Origin: Candidatus Saccharimonadota bacterium
Lineage (GTDB): Archaea; Nanobdellota; Nanobdellia; Pacearchaeales; GW2011-AR1
Assembly: GCA_049511795.1 (NCBI GenBank)
Contig: JBEKXS010000001.1
Span: 210,001-242,000, forward strand
Length of the DNA: 32,000 nt
Direction of reading: 5' to 3'
Part shown: piece by piece, positions 7,623 to 15,558 of the stretch
How positions within the stretch are numbered: the first letter of the stretch is position 1
Layout: each line of letters begins with the position of its first letter
Made by a program: the position numbers and the translations under genes
Notes under the pieces: generated by a model
Seen by the model: only the letters and a program-made list of their open reading frames with translations
What the model was told of the DNA's origin: nothing
The model's database searches: none

Positions 7623-8966
7623 TTAGAAAGGCTTCTTTGGCTGAACTTTTTTGTATCTCTTTTTATAGAAAATATAAATTACAAGCAAGGCAACAACAAG
7701 CAAAATCCAGCCAATCCAACCGAAAGATGTTTGTGTTGGTTCCTGACAAATTCCAGAATTAAGGCAGCATGTACCATAATCATTTGTATTGGCAGTTTGC
7801 CCACTGCATGTCTGGTTTGAATTACATACTGTTCCATTAAGCTGTGCACATGTTGTAACAATTGTTGAATTATTTCCTGAAGAAGGATTAAAATTGTTTA
7901 TGAAGTTTAAGTTTAAATCAAAGGATGTAGAAAAATTATCATTGTATGCAGTAACTGTTCCGTTTACTGTTGCTTCGCTGCTGCCCGAAGCTATGTCAAT
8001 TTCTATCTGCTGGTTTGTTCCCGGATTTAATAAACTCACACTGTTTGGATTCAAAATAATATATGGCTCAAGAGAAGAAGACATATTGAATGAAATATCA
8101 CTAATTGTTTCATTTCCTGTATTCGTCAAGTACAAAATTCTTGACATGTTTGAATTTGTCGCTAAAGAAACAGCTACTGAATTTGGCTGAAATGCAATTT
8201 CTGAGGAAGCCGTGCCTTCTGTTCCTGAACCAGTTCCTCCTTGCTGCTGATTTTGGTTTGTATTAAGATAAACAGGCATATCGTATGTTGAATTCAGCGA
8301 AGAAAATTCCAAGTAAACCAAACCACTTTGCGAGAACTGACTTATCTGGAAAGGAATGTTTACGGTTTGTCCTGGATTTAATGTAATTGTGCTTGGATTC
8401 ATTATTGATGATGAATTTCCTGAACTACTGGAACCGAAAAATGAAGAAAAGAAACCAGAGCTACCCGAGTTTGTTGAATTTCCTTGCAATCCATAGGTTA
8501 CTGTTATTTTTTGGTCAATCAAGTTCTGCAGCTGCACTGAAAAATCTGTTTGTGTGTTAATTGCTCCTGGATTTGTTGAGAAAGCGAAAGTATCATTTGT
8601 AATTAAGAAATTCTGTGAAAAGGGAGTATTAATTTGCTGTGTTCCCTGCATATAATTAACTCCTGATATATTCATTGTGTAATTATCTGGAATTTTCCCA
8701 AATAAACTTGCATAAATGTAATAATCATCTCCTATCTTAACAACGCCTTCTGATGCCATCTGTGTTGGTAAATGGCCTTGCCTATAAAATGCAACATTAT
8801 TTGTTGTTATCTGGTTTATGAATGTTCCAGAGATAACTGCAAGAAGAGTTTCTCCTTGTGAAAAGTTTTGGTTCATTGAAATCTGCACTGCTGAAATTGA
8901 AGGGAAAAAAAGCAAGAGAGAAAATACTAATAGAAAAGAAAGTTTTAAGGATTGATTCATATTCAT
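7623..8966 (-). CDS. Secreted N/S/T-rich surface protein with Ig-like (CARDB/NEW3-like) region, one Cys-rich stalk module and a C-terminal TM plus basic tail
   Basis: Signal peptide MNMNQSLKLSFLLVFSLLLFFPSISA|VQ. It has many N-x-S/T sequons. The C-terminus reads CAQLNGTVCNSNQTCSGQTANTNDYGTCCLNSGICQEPTQTSFGWIGWILLVVALLVIYIFYKKRYKKVQPKKPF. Confidence 0.75.
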   Translation of the reverse strand: MNMNQSLKLSFLLVFSLLLFFPSISAVQISMNQNFSQGETLLAVISGTFINQITTNNVAFYRQGHLPTQMASEGVVKIGDDYYIYASLFGKIPDNYTMNISGVNYMQGTQQINTPFSQNFLITNDTFAFSTNPGAINTQTDFSVQLQNLIDQKITVTYGLQGNSTNSGSSGFFSSFFGSSSSGNSSSIMNPSTITLNPGQTVNIPFQISQFSQSGLVYLEFSSLNSTYDMPVYLNTNQNQQQGGTGSGTEGTASSEIAFQPNSVAVSLATNSNMSRILYLTNTGNETISDISFNMSSSLEPYIILNPNSVSLLNPGTNQQIEIDIASGSSEATVNGTVTAYNDNFSTSFDLNLNFINNFNPSSGNNSTIVTTCAQLNGTVCNSNQTCSGQTANTNDYGTCCLNSGICQEPTQTSFGWIGWILLVVALLVIYIFYKKRYKKVQPKKPF

Positions 8967-9007
8967 TAAAGAAAAAACAGGTTAATAAATTTTAATATGC
9001 TGAAGAA

Positions 9008-10825
9008 TTACTTGCCCATCTCTTTAAGTTTTCTCAAAACTTCATCAAGTTCTCCCTGAGATTTCGATGGTCTTCTTACAGGCTGAGGTGATGGTCTTTG
9101 TTGTGGAATCATAATTCTTCTTTCAGGCATTCTCTGCATTGGCCTTTGAGGATAATAAGGAGGACCTCTTGGAGGTTGGCCGGGTCTTGCTGCTGATTTT
9201 CCGCCTTCCTTGAATATAATTGCTCTTAGTTTTTTTCTGAAAATTATTCCTAATGCTATAAGAATAATAAGGATTACCAAAATCCAAATCCATAATGAGC
9301 TTCCTCCACTGCTGCTATTTCCAGTTGTTGAAATAACACAGCAAATATCTCCTGAATTGCTGCACTGATAATTGGTTGTTGATTGTTCTCCTGTTGCACA
9401 GCCTCCTGCTCTGCAAATTCCGTTGTTTGATACACAATCTGTTGAAGGCTGAGAGTTTGTTGTTATACATGTTGCACCAACACAGCAAAAACTAGAGGAT
9501 GTTGTGTCTGCTGAATCTTGAATTGCTCCCCCGACACCACATGTCTGCCCTGAAGAACAAAGATTTCCTCCTAATTCAGCGCATGTTTGCTGTGGTGGTT
9601 TTACTGTACAACATACAGATGAAGAAGAGCATTGATAATTTGGTTGTGTATTTGCTGATGAACATGCTGCAGGCAATGTGCATGAATAACCAGCTGTTGT
9701 ACAATCAGGCAAACCAGGACCACCGCCACTTGAAAATTGTCTTGGCCATGATGATGCAAGAACAAATGCAGTGTCTCTTATATTTCCTGAATTCCAGCAA
9801 CCTGCAGGATCCTGAGTTCCAAGAAGCCATGACTGCGCATTTGTTTTTTCCTGAGGGTTTTGATTTGCCAAAGGATAAAGTGCCAAAGCTGTATCATAAT
9901 ATCTATCTCCTGATTGCTGCCAGTATTCGCTGCTTTGCTGCAATGAAAGGAGGGAAGTTTCATATTGTGATTTTGCAGTCAATGCATAGAGAAATGCGTC
10001 TGGCAAATATTGTTGGTTTTCATCAGCCATAACTATCAAATAAGGAAGATAAGCTGAAACATCCTGTCCTGCTGCATTTAATCCAAGTGCTGCCCAAAGA
10101 GTTCCTTCATAATCGCATGTTGTTCCTGTTGAAAAACAGAGCGATTTTACATTTTCAGTTGTTGTCCCACCTGATGCTGCAGAATTTGTTGTATCTGTGA
10201 CATAAATTGTTGATGATGTTGATTTCTGGAAAAGTGTTGTTGTCAAAAAATCTTTGCTGCATGAAATCTGGAAATCTTCGTTGTAACAAGAAGGAGAAAC
10301 TTGAAGCAAATAACCATTCTGTGAAAGAGCTAAACAATTTCCTGCTCCGCTACTTAAAACTTTATTTTGGTCTATGTTAACTGTGTAAGATGGGCTCCCG
10401 CCAGGATATTTTATTGTACAACTTGTTGCATTTCTACTATCAATTTCAAGATACCATACAAGTTGCGTTGGTGTTTGATTTTTTGTGTAAAGCCAATTCT
10501 GTGCACCTGATATATCCCCACCAGAATTGTGCAATGCAAGCAAAACTTGTGATGTTGTCTTGATTGAGCATCCAGATGCAGGCCAGCAGTCTCCTGAACC
10601 AACTGATTTTGCATCGGAAGTAATATCTGACTGGCATTGTCCTATTGCAAGAAGTGAAAATGCCTTTTCTTCATCTGTCAAAGTTGAGCAACTGTTATTA
10701 ATTTTGTTTGAAAGGCACTGATATGCCTTGTCAACTCCTGTAATATTTGATGAACTATCTGCCGCAACAAAAGTCAGACCTAGAAATAATAGTATAAAGA
10801 AAATATATAGGCCTCTTTTTTTCAT
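9008..10825 (-). CDS. Type I membrane surface protein: prenyltransferase/terpene-cyclase-like alpha/alpha-toroid repeats, three Cys-rich modules, TM helix and Pro-rich cytoplasmic tail
   Basis: Signal peptide MKKRGLYIFFILLFLGLTFVAA|DS. Toroid-type repeats include QVLLALHNSGGD..AQNWL, GTLWAALGLNAAG and AQSWLLGTQDPAGCWNSGNIRDTAFVL. Cys modules span aa 375-497, the TM helix aa 511-529, and a 76-aa tail follows. Confidence 0.75.
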   Translation of the reverse strand: MKKRGLYIFFILLFLGLTFVAADSSSNITGVDKAYQCLSNKINNSCSTLTDEEKAFSLLAIGQCQSDITSDAKSVGSGDCWPASGCSIKTTSQVLLALHNSGGDISGAQNWLYTKNQTPTQLVWYLEIDSRNATSCTIKYPGGSPSYTVNIDQNKVLSSGAGNCLALSQNGYLLQVSPSCYNEDFQISCSKDFLTTTLFQKSTSSTIYVTDTTNSAASGGTTTENVKSLCFSTGTTCDYEGTLWAALGLNAAGQDVSAYLPYLIVMADENQQYLPDAFLYALTAKSQYETSLLSLQQSSEYWQQSGDRYYDTALALYPLANQNPQEKTNAQSWLLGTQDPAGCWNSGNIRDTAFVLASSWPRQFSSGGGPGLPDCTTAGYSCTLPAACSSANTQPNYQCSSSSVCCTVKPPQQTCAELGGNLCSSGQTCGVGGAIQDSADTTSSSFCCVGATCITTNSQPSTDCVSNNGICRAGGCATGEQSTTNYQCSNSGDICCVISTTGNSSSGGSSLWIWILVILIILIALGIIFRKKLRAIIFKEGGKSAARPGQPPRGPPYYPQRPMQRMPERRIMIPQQRPSPQPVRRPSKSQGELDEVLRKLKEMGK

Positions 10826-10836
10826 TATATATAGAG

Positions 10837-12216
10837 TTATAGTTTATTTTTAAAATTATCTTTAGTGTAACGTTTTTTTCCGTCTTTACTTGTTCTTTCA
10901 TTAACACGTTTTTCCTCGTGTTCTTCCCTCAAACTTTTTCTTATCATAAAGCTTGAAGGATTTTTGTATCTCAGTTCTTCTTCTGTTGGAACAATTCCAA
11001 TTCCTTTGTAATAATCCTTGTCATAATTTGGAGGAGGAATTGATTTTCCCCTGAAGCTTGCAATCATTTGGGAAACAATGTAGCCTTCTTTAAGAGGCGT
11101 TTCATTTTTTTTGTTCCAGTCATGAAGAATTTTTTCAATGTCTTTCCTGTCCATGCCAACTGAACGGAAAAAATTTGTTATTATGAACAATGCACGCTTT
11201 CTTCCGTCGCCTTTCATTCCTTCCAGAATTTTCTTAATGCTTGGCGGATAATTTTTTTCAGAGATTGTTTTAAGCGAAATCGAAGAAAAACTTTTTCCTT
11301 CATAGTTTTTTTGCTCTTCCTGTTCTGGGTTTTGCGTCTTGTTCCAATCAAGAGCTTCACGTAGCAATTCTGAAGCTTCACCTTCTTTTGCATCTGGCAT
11401 GAAATTTCTTATATCAATTTTGAATGGGTCTGCATCTTTTGGCTGGAACTTTTGTATTATATCTGTTTCAGGCTTAAGCACGACGCTGGCAAGCGCTGTT
11501 TTTTCATGAAGAGAATATGGCATTCTGAATAAATGACGGGGTGAAACAAGAATCAAGTCAGGAACAACTTCTGTTGAAGCTGAAAAATCTTTCACATATT
11601 TGTTTGGTTTTGTAAGCTGTGTTATTTTTTCTGTAAGCTCTTTTTTTGTGAGATCCATTACATATTTTGTTATAATTCTTGGCCATTCGGGAAACATATC
11701 AGAAGTTTTTATTCCATGAATTTCTTTTGGAAAAGCTTTCCATGGAACAATGATGTGAAATCCTTTGCTGCCAGAAAATTTTATTCCGACGTTTTTAACG
11801 CCATGAAATTTTAGAACTTTGAAAATTAGCTCTGCCATAATCTTGCTGTAATCAAGATATTTTGAATCAATATCGAGCAAAAGGTCCCAGCCTGTTCTCA
11901 GCTCGTTTAATTGTTTGGAGGTCATTCCTGTTGAAATTTTTAATGGGTCTGCCCAAATTTCCTCTGAACAATGGAAAGAAGTCGCTCCATTTTTCACCAT
12001 TTCAAAAATATCTCCGGGATACTGAAAGGTGTCTGGCCTTTTTCCAAAGCTTTCCATCATATAGCTAGGCGCTACTTCTCTGTTGGCTGAAAAGGAGAAA
12101 ATGGCTTTTTGAATGTCTTTTCTTGAGTAATAAAGATGGGTTATTTTCCTTATTCTTTCCTCTTTAATGCTGGAAGAATCTGGTTTATTGTCTGGTTTGA
12201 CACTGGAATTTTCCAT
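10837..12216 (-). CDS. priS: Archaeo-eukaryotic DNA primase: PriS catalytic domain fused to a PriL-C-terminal-like helical domain
   Basis: AEP motifs are DLLLDIDSK (DxD), SGSKGFHIIVPW (SGxRGxH) and RHLFRMPYSLHEKT. The C-terminal PPSIKKILEGMKGDGRKRALFIITNFFRSVGMDRKDIEKIL resembles the PriL CTD motif PPC...L......R..L..FL...G. Confidence 0.85.
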   Translation of the reverse strand: MENSSVKPDNKPDSSSIKEERIRKITHLYYSRKDIQKAIFSFSANREVAPSYMMESFGKRPDTFQYPGDIFEMVKNGATSFHCSEEIWADPLKISTGMTSKQLNELRTGWDLLLDIDSKYLDYSKIMAELIFKVLKFHGVKNVGIKFSGSKGFHIIVPWKAFPKEIHGIKTSDMFPEWPRIITKYVMDLTKKELTEKITQLTKPNKYVKDFSASTEVVPDLILVSPRHLFRMPYSLHEKTALASVVLKPETDIIQKFQPKDADPFKIDIRNFMPDAKEGEASELLREALDWNKTQNPEQEEQKNYEGKSFSSISLKTISEKNYPPSIKKILEGMKGDGRKRALFIITNFFRSVGMDRKDIEKILHDWNKKNETPLKEGYIVSQMIASFRGKSIPPPNYDKDYYKGIGIVPTEEELRYKNPSSFMIRKSLREEHEEKRVNERTSKDGKKRYTKDNFKNKL

Positions 12217-12302
12217 TATTTTTTCAAACAGAACAATATTTATATAATTACTCTATACTTCATAATAACAATACTTAAAAGTAGAGTATTGCTTTTTAAA
12301 AA

Positions 12303-13028
12303 ATGCTAGTAAAACTTGAAAACCCGCTTCTTTTGTCAAGAGTTGTTGAGGTAATATCTGAAATAGTGACAGAAGTAAGGATAAAAATCAACGAAACAGG
12401 CATGAGCATAACTGCGATGGATCCTGCAAACGTGTCAATGGTTCATTTCATTTTGCCAAAAAGCTCTTTTTCCAAATTTGAAACAGGAACAGAAGTTTTG
12501 GGCATAAATCTTGAGAACCTAAAAAGAATACTTAAAAGATCAGGACCTGGAAGCTCGCTCATAATGGAAAAGCAGGACAATTACCTTAACATAATTATTC
12601 AGGACAAAATAAAAAGAACTTTCAACTTGAGTCTTATTGAAATTGAAAGCGAAGAGAAAGAAATGCCAAATCTTGAGTTCAGCTCTGTTGTTGAGCTACA
12701 TTCTTCTGACTTGATTGATTCAATTGAAGACTGCGCTGTTGTCGCAGATGCATGCTCATTTGTTGTCAAGGAGGGCAAGTTTATTATTGAAGCTCGCGGA
12801 TTAAATAGTGCGATGTCTGAATTTTCCGGCGATGAGGCAAAAATTTCCGCGGAAAACTGTAAGTCAAGATACAGCTTGGAATATTTGCAGAAATTCGTAA
12901 AGGGATCAAGGCTTTCTGATAAAACAGTTCTTCGTTTTGCAGATGACCACCCATTAAGAATGGATGTAAAAAATGATTTTCTGGAACTGTCGTTTCTTCT
13001 CGCGCCTCGTGTTGAAACCGAGGATTGA
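12303..13028 (+). CDS. pcn: DNA polymerase sliding clamp PCNA
   Basis: 241 aa, with the typical archaeal PCNA N-terminus and C-terminal ...LELSFLLAPRVE. Confidence 0.95.
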   Translation: MLVKLENPLLLSRVVEVISEIVTEVRIKINETGMSITAMDPANVSMVHFILPKSSFSKFETGTEVLGINLENLKRILKRSGPGSSLIMEKQDNYLNIIIQDKIKRTFNLSLIEIESEEKEMPNLEFSSVVELHSSDLIDSIEDCAVVADACSFVVKEGKFIIEARGLNSAMSEFSGDEAKISAENCKSRYSLEYLQKFVKGSRLSDKTVLRFADDHPLRMDVKNDFLELSFLLAPRVETED

Positions 13029-13035
13029 AACAAGA

Positions 13036-13045
13036 TTTATAAATA
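13036..13045 (+). promoter_or_regulatory. TATA box (tttataaata) for the 13065-20510 operon; spacing implies a leaderless or near-leaderless mRNA
   Basis: The 10-mer tttataaata is centred about 25 nt upstream of the ATG at 13065. The identical 10-mer occurs upstream of the S-layer gene and of sepF. Confidence 0.55.
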
Positions 13046-13064
13046 AAATTTCCGTGTATAAAAC

Positions 13065-13847
13065 ATGGAAAAGAGGGGTCAGGTGACTTTATTTATTATC
13101 ATTGCAATTGTAATAATCTTGGCAGCTGTTCTTGTTTATTTTTTTATTCCAAAGGCCTCAACGCAAACAGCTTTTGATGTAAAAAATCCTCAGGGTTTTA
13201 TCCAATCATGCCTTCAAAAAACAATTGAAGACAAAATAACAACTCTTTCCCTTCAGGGAGGAAGTTTGGATCCGGAATTTTATTTTACATACAATGGAAA
13301 CAATGTCCAGTATCTTTGCTACACAAATGAATACTATAAAACATGTGTTGTTCAGCCACCAATTCTCACGCAGCAGTATGTTGAATCAGAAATAAAAAAT
13401 TCTATTACAAGTGATGTTAGTTCCTGTTTTGACAACCTGCAGCAGAATTACAAAAATGACGGTTACACTGTAAACCTTGACACAGGAACAACAGTTGTTG
13501 AAATTCTTCCAAATAAAGTTGTAACAGACTTTCAAAATTATACTTTGACTGTTACAAAAGGGTCAACATCTACATATAATTCATTTAGTGTTGTTCTGAA
13601 CAATAATCTTTATGAATTAATGGGTATAGCTAATAATATTGTTGAATGGGAAGCAACATATGGTGACGTTTCAACATCAACATACATGACATATTATGAG
13701 GATTTGAAAGTTGAAAAAATGCTACAGAATGACGGAACAAAAATTTACATTTTGACAGACAGAAATACAGGAGATAAATTTGAGTTTGCTTCAAGAAGCG
13801 TTGTATATCCTCCTGGATACAGTTCAGGGGCATTGCCTACAGCTTAA
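13065..13847 (+). CDS. Class III signal peptide (prepilin-like) protein, 260 aa
   Basis: The N-terminus MEKRG|QVTLFIIIAIVIILAAVLVYFFI has a short basic head, then [KR]G|Q, then about 20 hydrophobic residues. Confidence 0.7.
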   Translation: MEKRGQVTLFIIIAIVIILAAVLVYFFIPKASTQTAFDVKNPQGFIQSCLQKTIEDKITTLSLQGGSLDPEFYFTYNGNNVQYLCYTNEYYKTCVVQPPILTQQYVESEIKNSITSDVSSCFDNLQQNYKNDGYTVNLDTGTTVVEILPNKVVTDFQNYTLTVTKGSTSTYNSFSVVLNNNLYELMGIANNIVEWEATYGDVSTSTYMTYYEDLKVEKMLQNDGTKIYILTDRNTGDKFEFASRSVVYPPGYSSGALPTA

Positions 13848-13850
13848 AAA

Positions 13851-15551
13851 ATGATAAAAGAGGACAATTTCAAGGAAAAAGCAGAAAATTATACTTTTAG
13901 TAAGAAAACATTAGTTGCTTTATTCCTGATTGCAGGTTTTTTAGTTTTAACAATTTTATTTTTTACAAATAAAGTTTCTGCAGATACGCCGACAAATTCA
14001 TATTGCTGTGAAAAAACAACAAGCAATCAATGGTGCCAGAATGTAAATGACCCTTTTTTATGTGCAACAGGTAATGGATTAAGTTCTCCTGCCCCAACTT
14101 CCTGTCAGTCAACAAGCTATTGTGAATTAGGAACATGTGTTAATGGTCAGGAGGGAACATGCTTGCCTAATGTGCCTGGGCAAGTTTGCCAAAATAGTGG
14201 GGGTACATGGATTAATGGTCAACCTGCAAATATTCCTCAATGCCAGCTTGGATGCTGTCTTATTGCAGATCAGGCAGCTTTTGTCACACAAACAAGATGT
14301 AGCTTTCTTTCAGCTCAAGCAGGAGTAAATTCAACATTCAGGACAGATATAACAGATGAACAAACATGTATTGCAAGCGCAAATCCTCAGGTAGATGGTG
14401 CATGTGTTTTGGATACTGGCTTTTCAAGAACATGCAGGAGATTAACAAGAGGGGAATGCCAGCAATTGCAATCATCAAGTAATGGAAATACGACTGTTGA
14501 ATTTCATGAAGGACTTTTATGCTCTGCAACAAGTCTTGCAACAAATTGCGGACAAACAAAAAATACAGAATGTGTTCCTGGCAAAGACCAAGTTTATTTT
14601 GTTGATTCCTGCGGAAACATGGCAAATGTTTATGACGAATCAAGAATAAATGATCCATCATACTGGACAAATATTCAAGATCCTTCTACAAGTTGCAACT
14701 TTGGTTCAAGCAATGCAAATTCTGCAACCTGCGGAAATTGTGATTATATTTCAGGAAGCGTTTGCAAAGCATTTCAAAGAGGAAGTCAACAAACACAAAC
14801 TGCTCCCAAAAATGGAAATTTTGTATGTGCTGATTTAAGCTGCCATTTCAATGGACAAACTTATGAGCAAGGGGCAAGCTGGTGTATTAGTAATACTGCA
14901 CAGAGGAACCAAAATCTTCCTGGAAGCGAAGATGCTGTGCAGAAATGTTTTGATGGAGAAGTCACAACTGAATTATGCGACCCATTTAGAAATCAAATTT
15001 GTCTTCAAACTACAAGCAATGGAAATTTCCCTGTTGCAAATTGTGTTGTTAATAGATGGCAGGATTGTACAACTATAGATAATCAGCAGGATTGCTTGGA
15101 TACGAATCAAAGAGATTGTCAGTGGGTAAATATAACAAGCACAACAGATAGTAATGGGAATGCATTAACATTAAGCAGCAATGGAAGTATTCTTGTTCCC
15201 GGAGAAGGTAAAGCAGCTGCATGTGTTCCAAAATATTCTCCAGGATTTGAATTTTATAATTCAACAGATTCCAGCACTGTCAATCCGGAAGCAATATGTG
15301 CACAGGCAAACCAAAATTGTGTTGTCAAATTTACAAAAAAACTTTTAAGTGATACATGGAAATGTGCAGGAAACTGCCAGTGTATTGGTTTGAAGCAGGA
15401 TGATACAATTCCTGGTGGTGTTCAGGGTGTTTCACAATGGGTCAGCCAGAGGATGGGAATGTGTGTTTCCCTTGGAGATTGTGGTAATCTTACAAATTAT
15501 ATTGGAAAACCAGGATACCCAACAACAGCAGTAACAATATCAAAAGCTTAA
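13851..15551 (+). CDS. Secreted cysteine-rich protein (more than 40 Cys in 566 aa)
   Basis: N-terminal hydrophobic segment KKTLVALFLIAGFLVLTILFFTNKVSA|DTP. Cys residues are spread along the whole length, with almost no predicted cytoplasmic character. Confidence 0.75.
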   Translation: MIKEDNFKEKAENYTFSKKTLVALFLIAGFLVLTILFFTNKVSADTPTNSYCCEKTTSNQWCQNVNDPFLCATGNGLSSPAPTSCQSTSYCELGTCVNGQEGTCLPNVPGQVCQNSGGTWINGQPANIPQCQLGCCLIADQAAFVTQTRCSFLSAQAGVNSTFRTDITDEQTCIASANPQVDGACVLDTGFSRTCRRLTRGECQQLQSSSNGNTTVEFHEGLLCSATSLATNCGQTKNTECVPGKDQVYFVDSCGNMANVYDESRINDPSYWTNIQDPSTSCNFGSSNANSATCGNCDYISGSVCKAFQRGSQQTQTAPKNGNFVCADLSCHFNGQTYEQGASWCISNTAQRNQNLPGSEDAVQKCFDGEVTTELCDPFRNQICLQTTSNGNFPVANCVVNRWQDCTTIDNQQDCLDTNQRDCQWVNITSTTDSNGNALTLSSNGSILVPGEGKAAACVPKYSPGFEFYNSTDSSTVNPEAICAQANQNCVVKFTKKLLSDTWKCAGNCQCIGLKQDDTIPGGVQGVSQWVSQRMGMCVSLGDCGNLTNYIGKPGYPTTAVTISKA

Positions 15552-15558
15552 GAATAAA

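Noticed and set aside
7789-8190. 133-aa plus-strand ORF inside the 447-aa surface protein gene (also 7067-7438 minus, 7679-7861 minus)
   Set aside because: The opposite or alternative frame carries a clear signal peptide, sequon-rich ectodomain and TM anchor. These ORFs are frame shadows.
9499-10721. ORFs 9499-10032 (+), 9778-9963 (-), 10155-10337 (-), 10411-10637 (-) and 10527-10721 (+)
   Set aside because: They are nested in or antisense to the 605-aa surface protein gene, have odd composition and no start context.
12599-13033. 144-aa minus-strand ORF
   Set aside because: It is fully antisense to PCNA, which is unambiguous.
14137-15264. Short ORFs in alternative frames within the Cys-rich protein gene
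   Set aside because: They are frame shadows. The main frame is continuous for 566 codons with a coherent secreted-protein composition.
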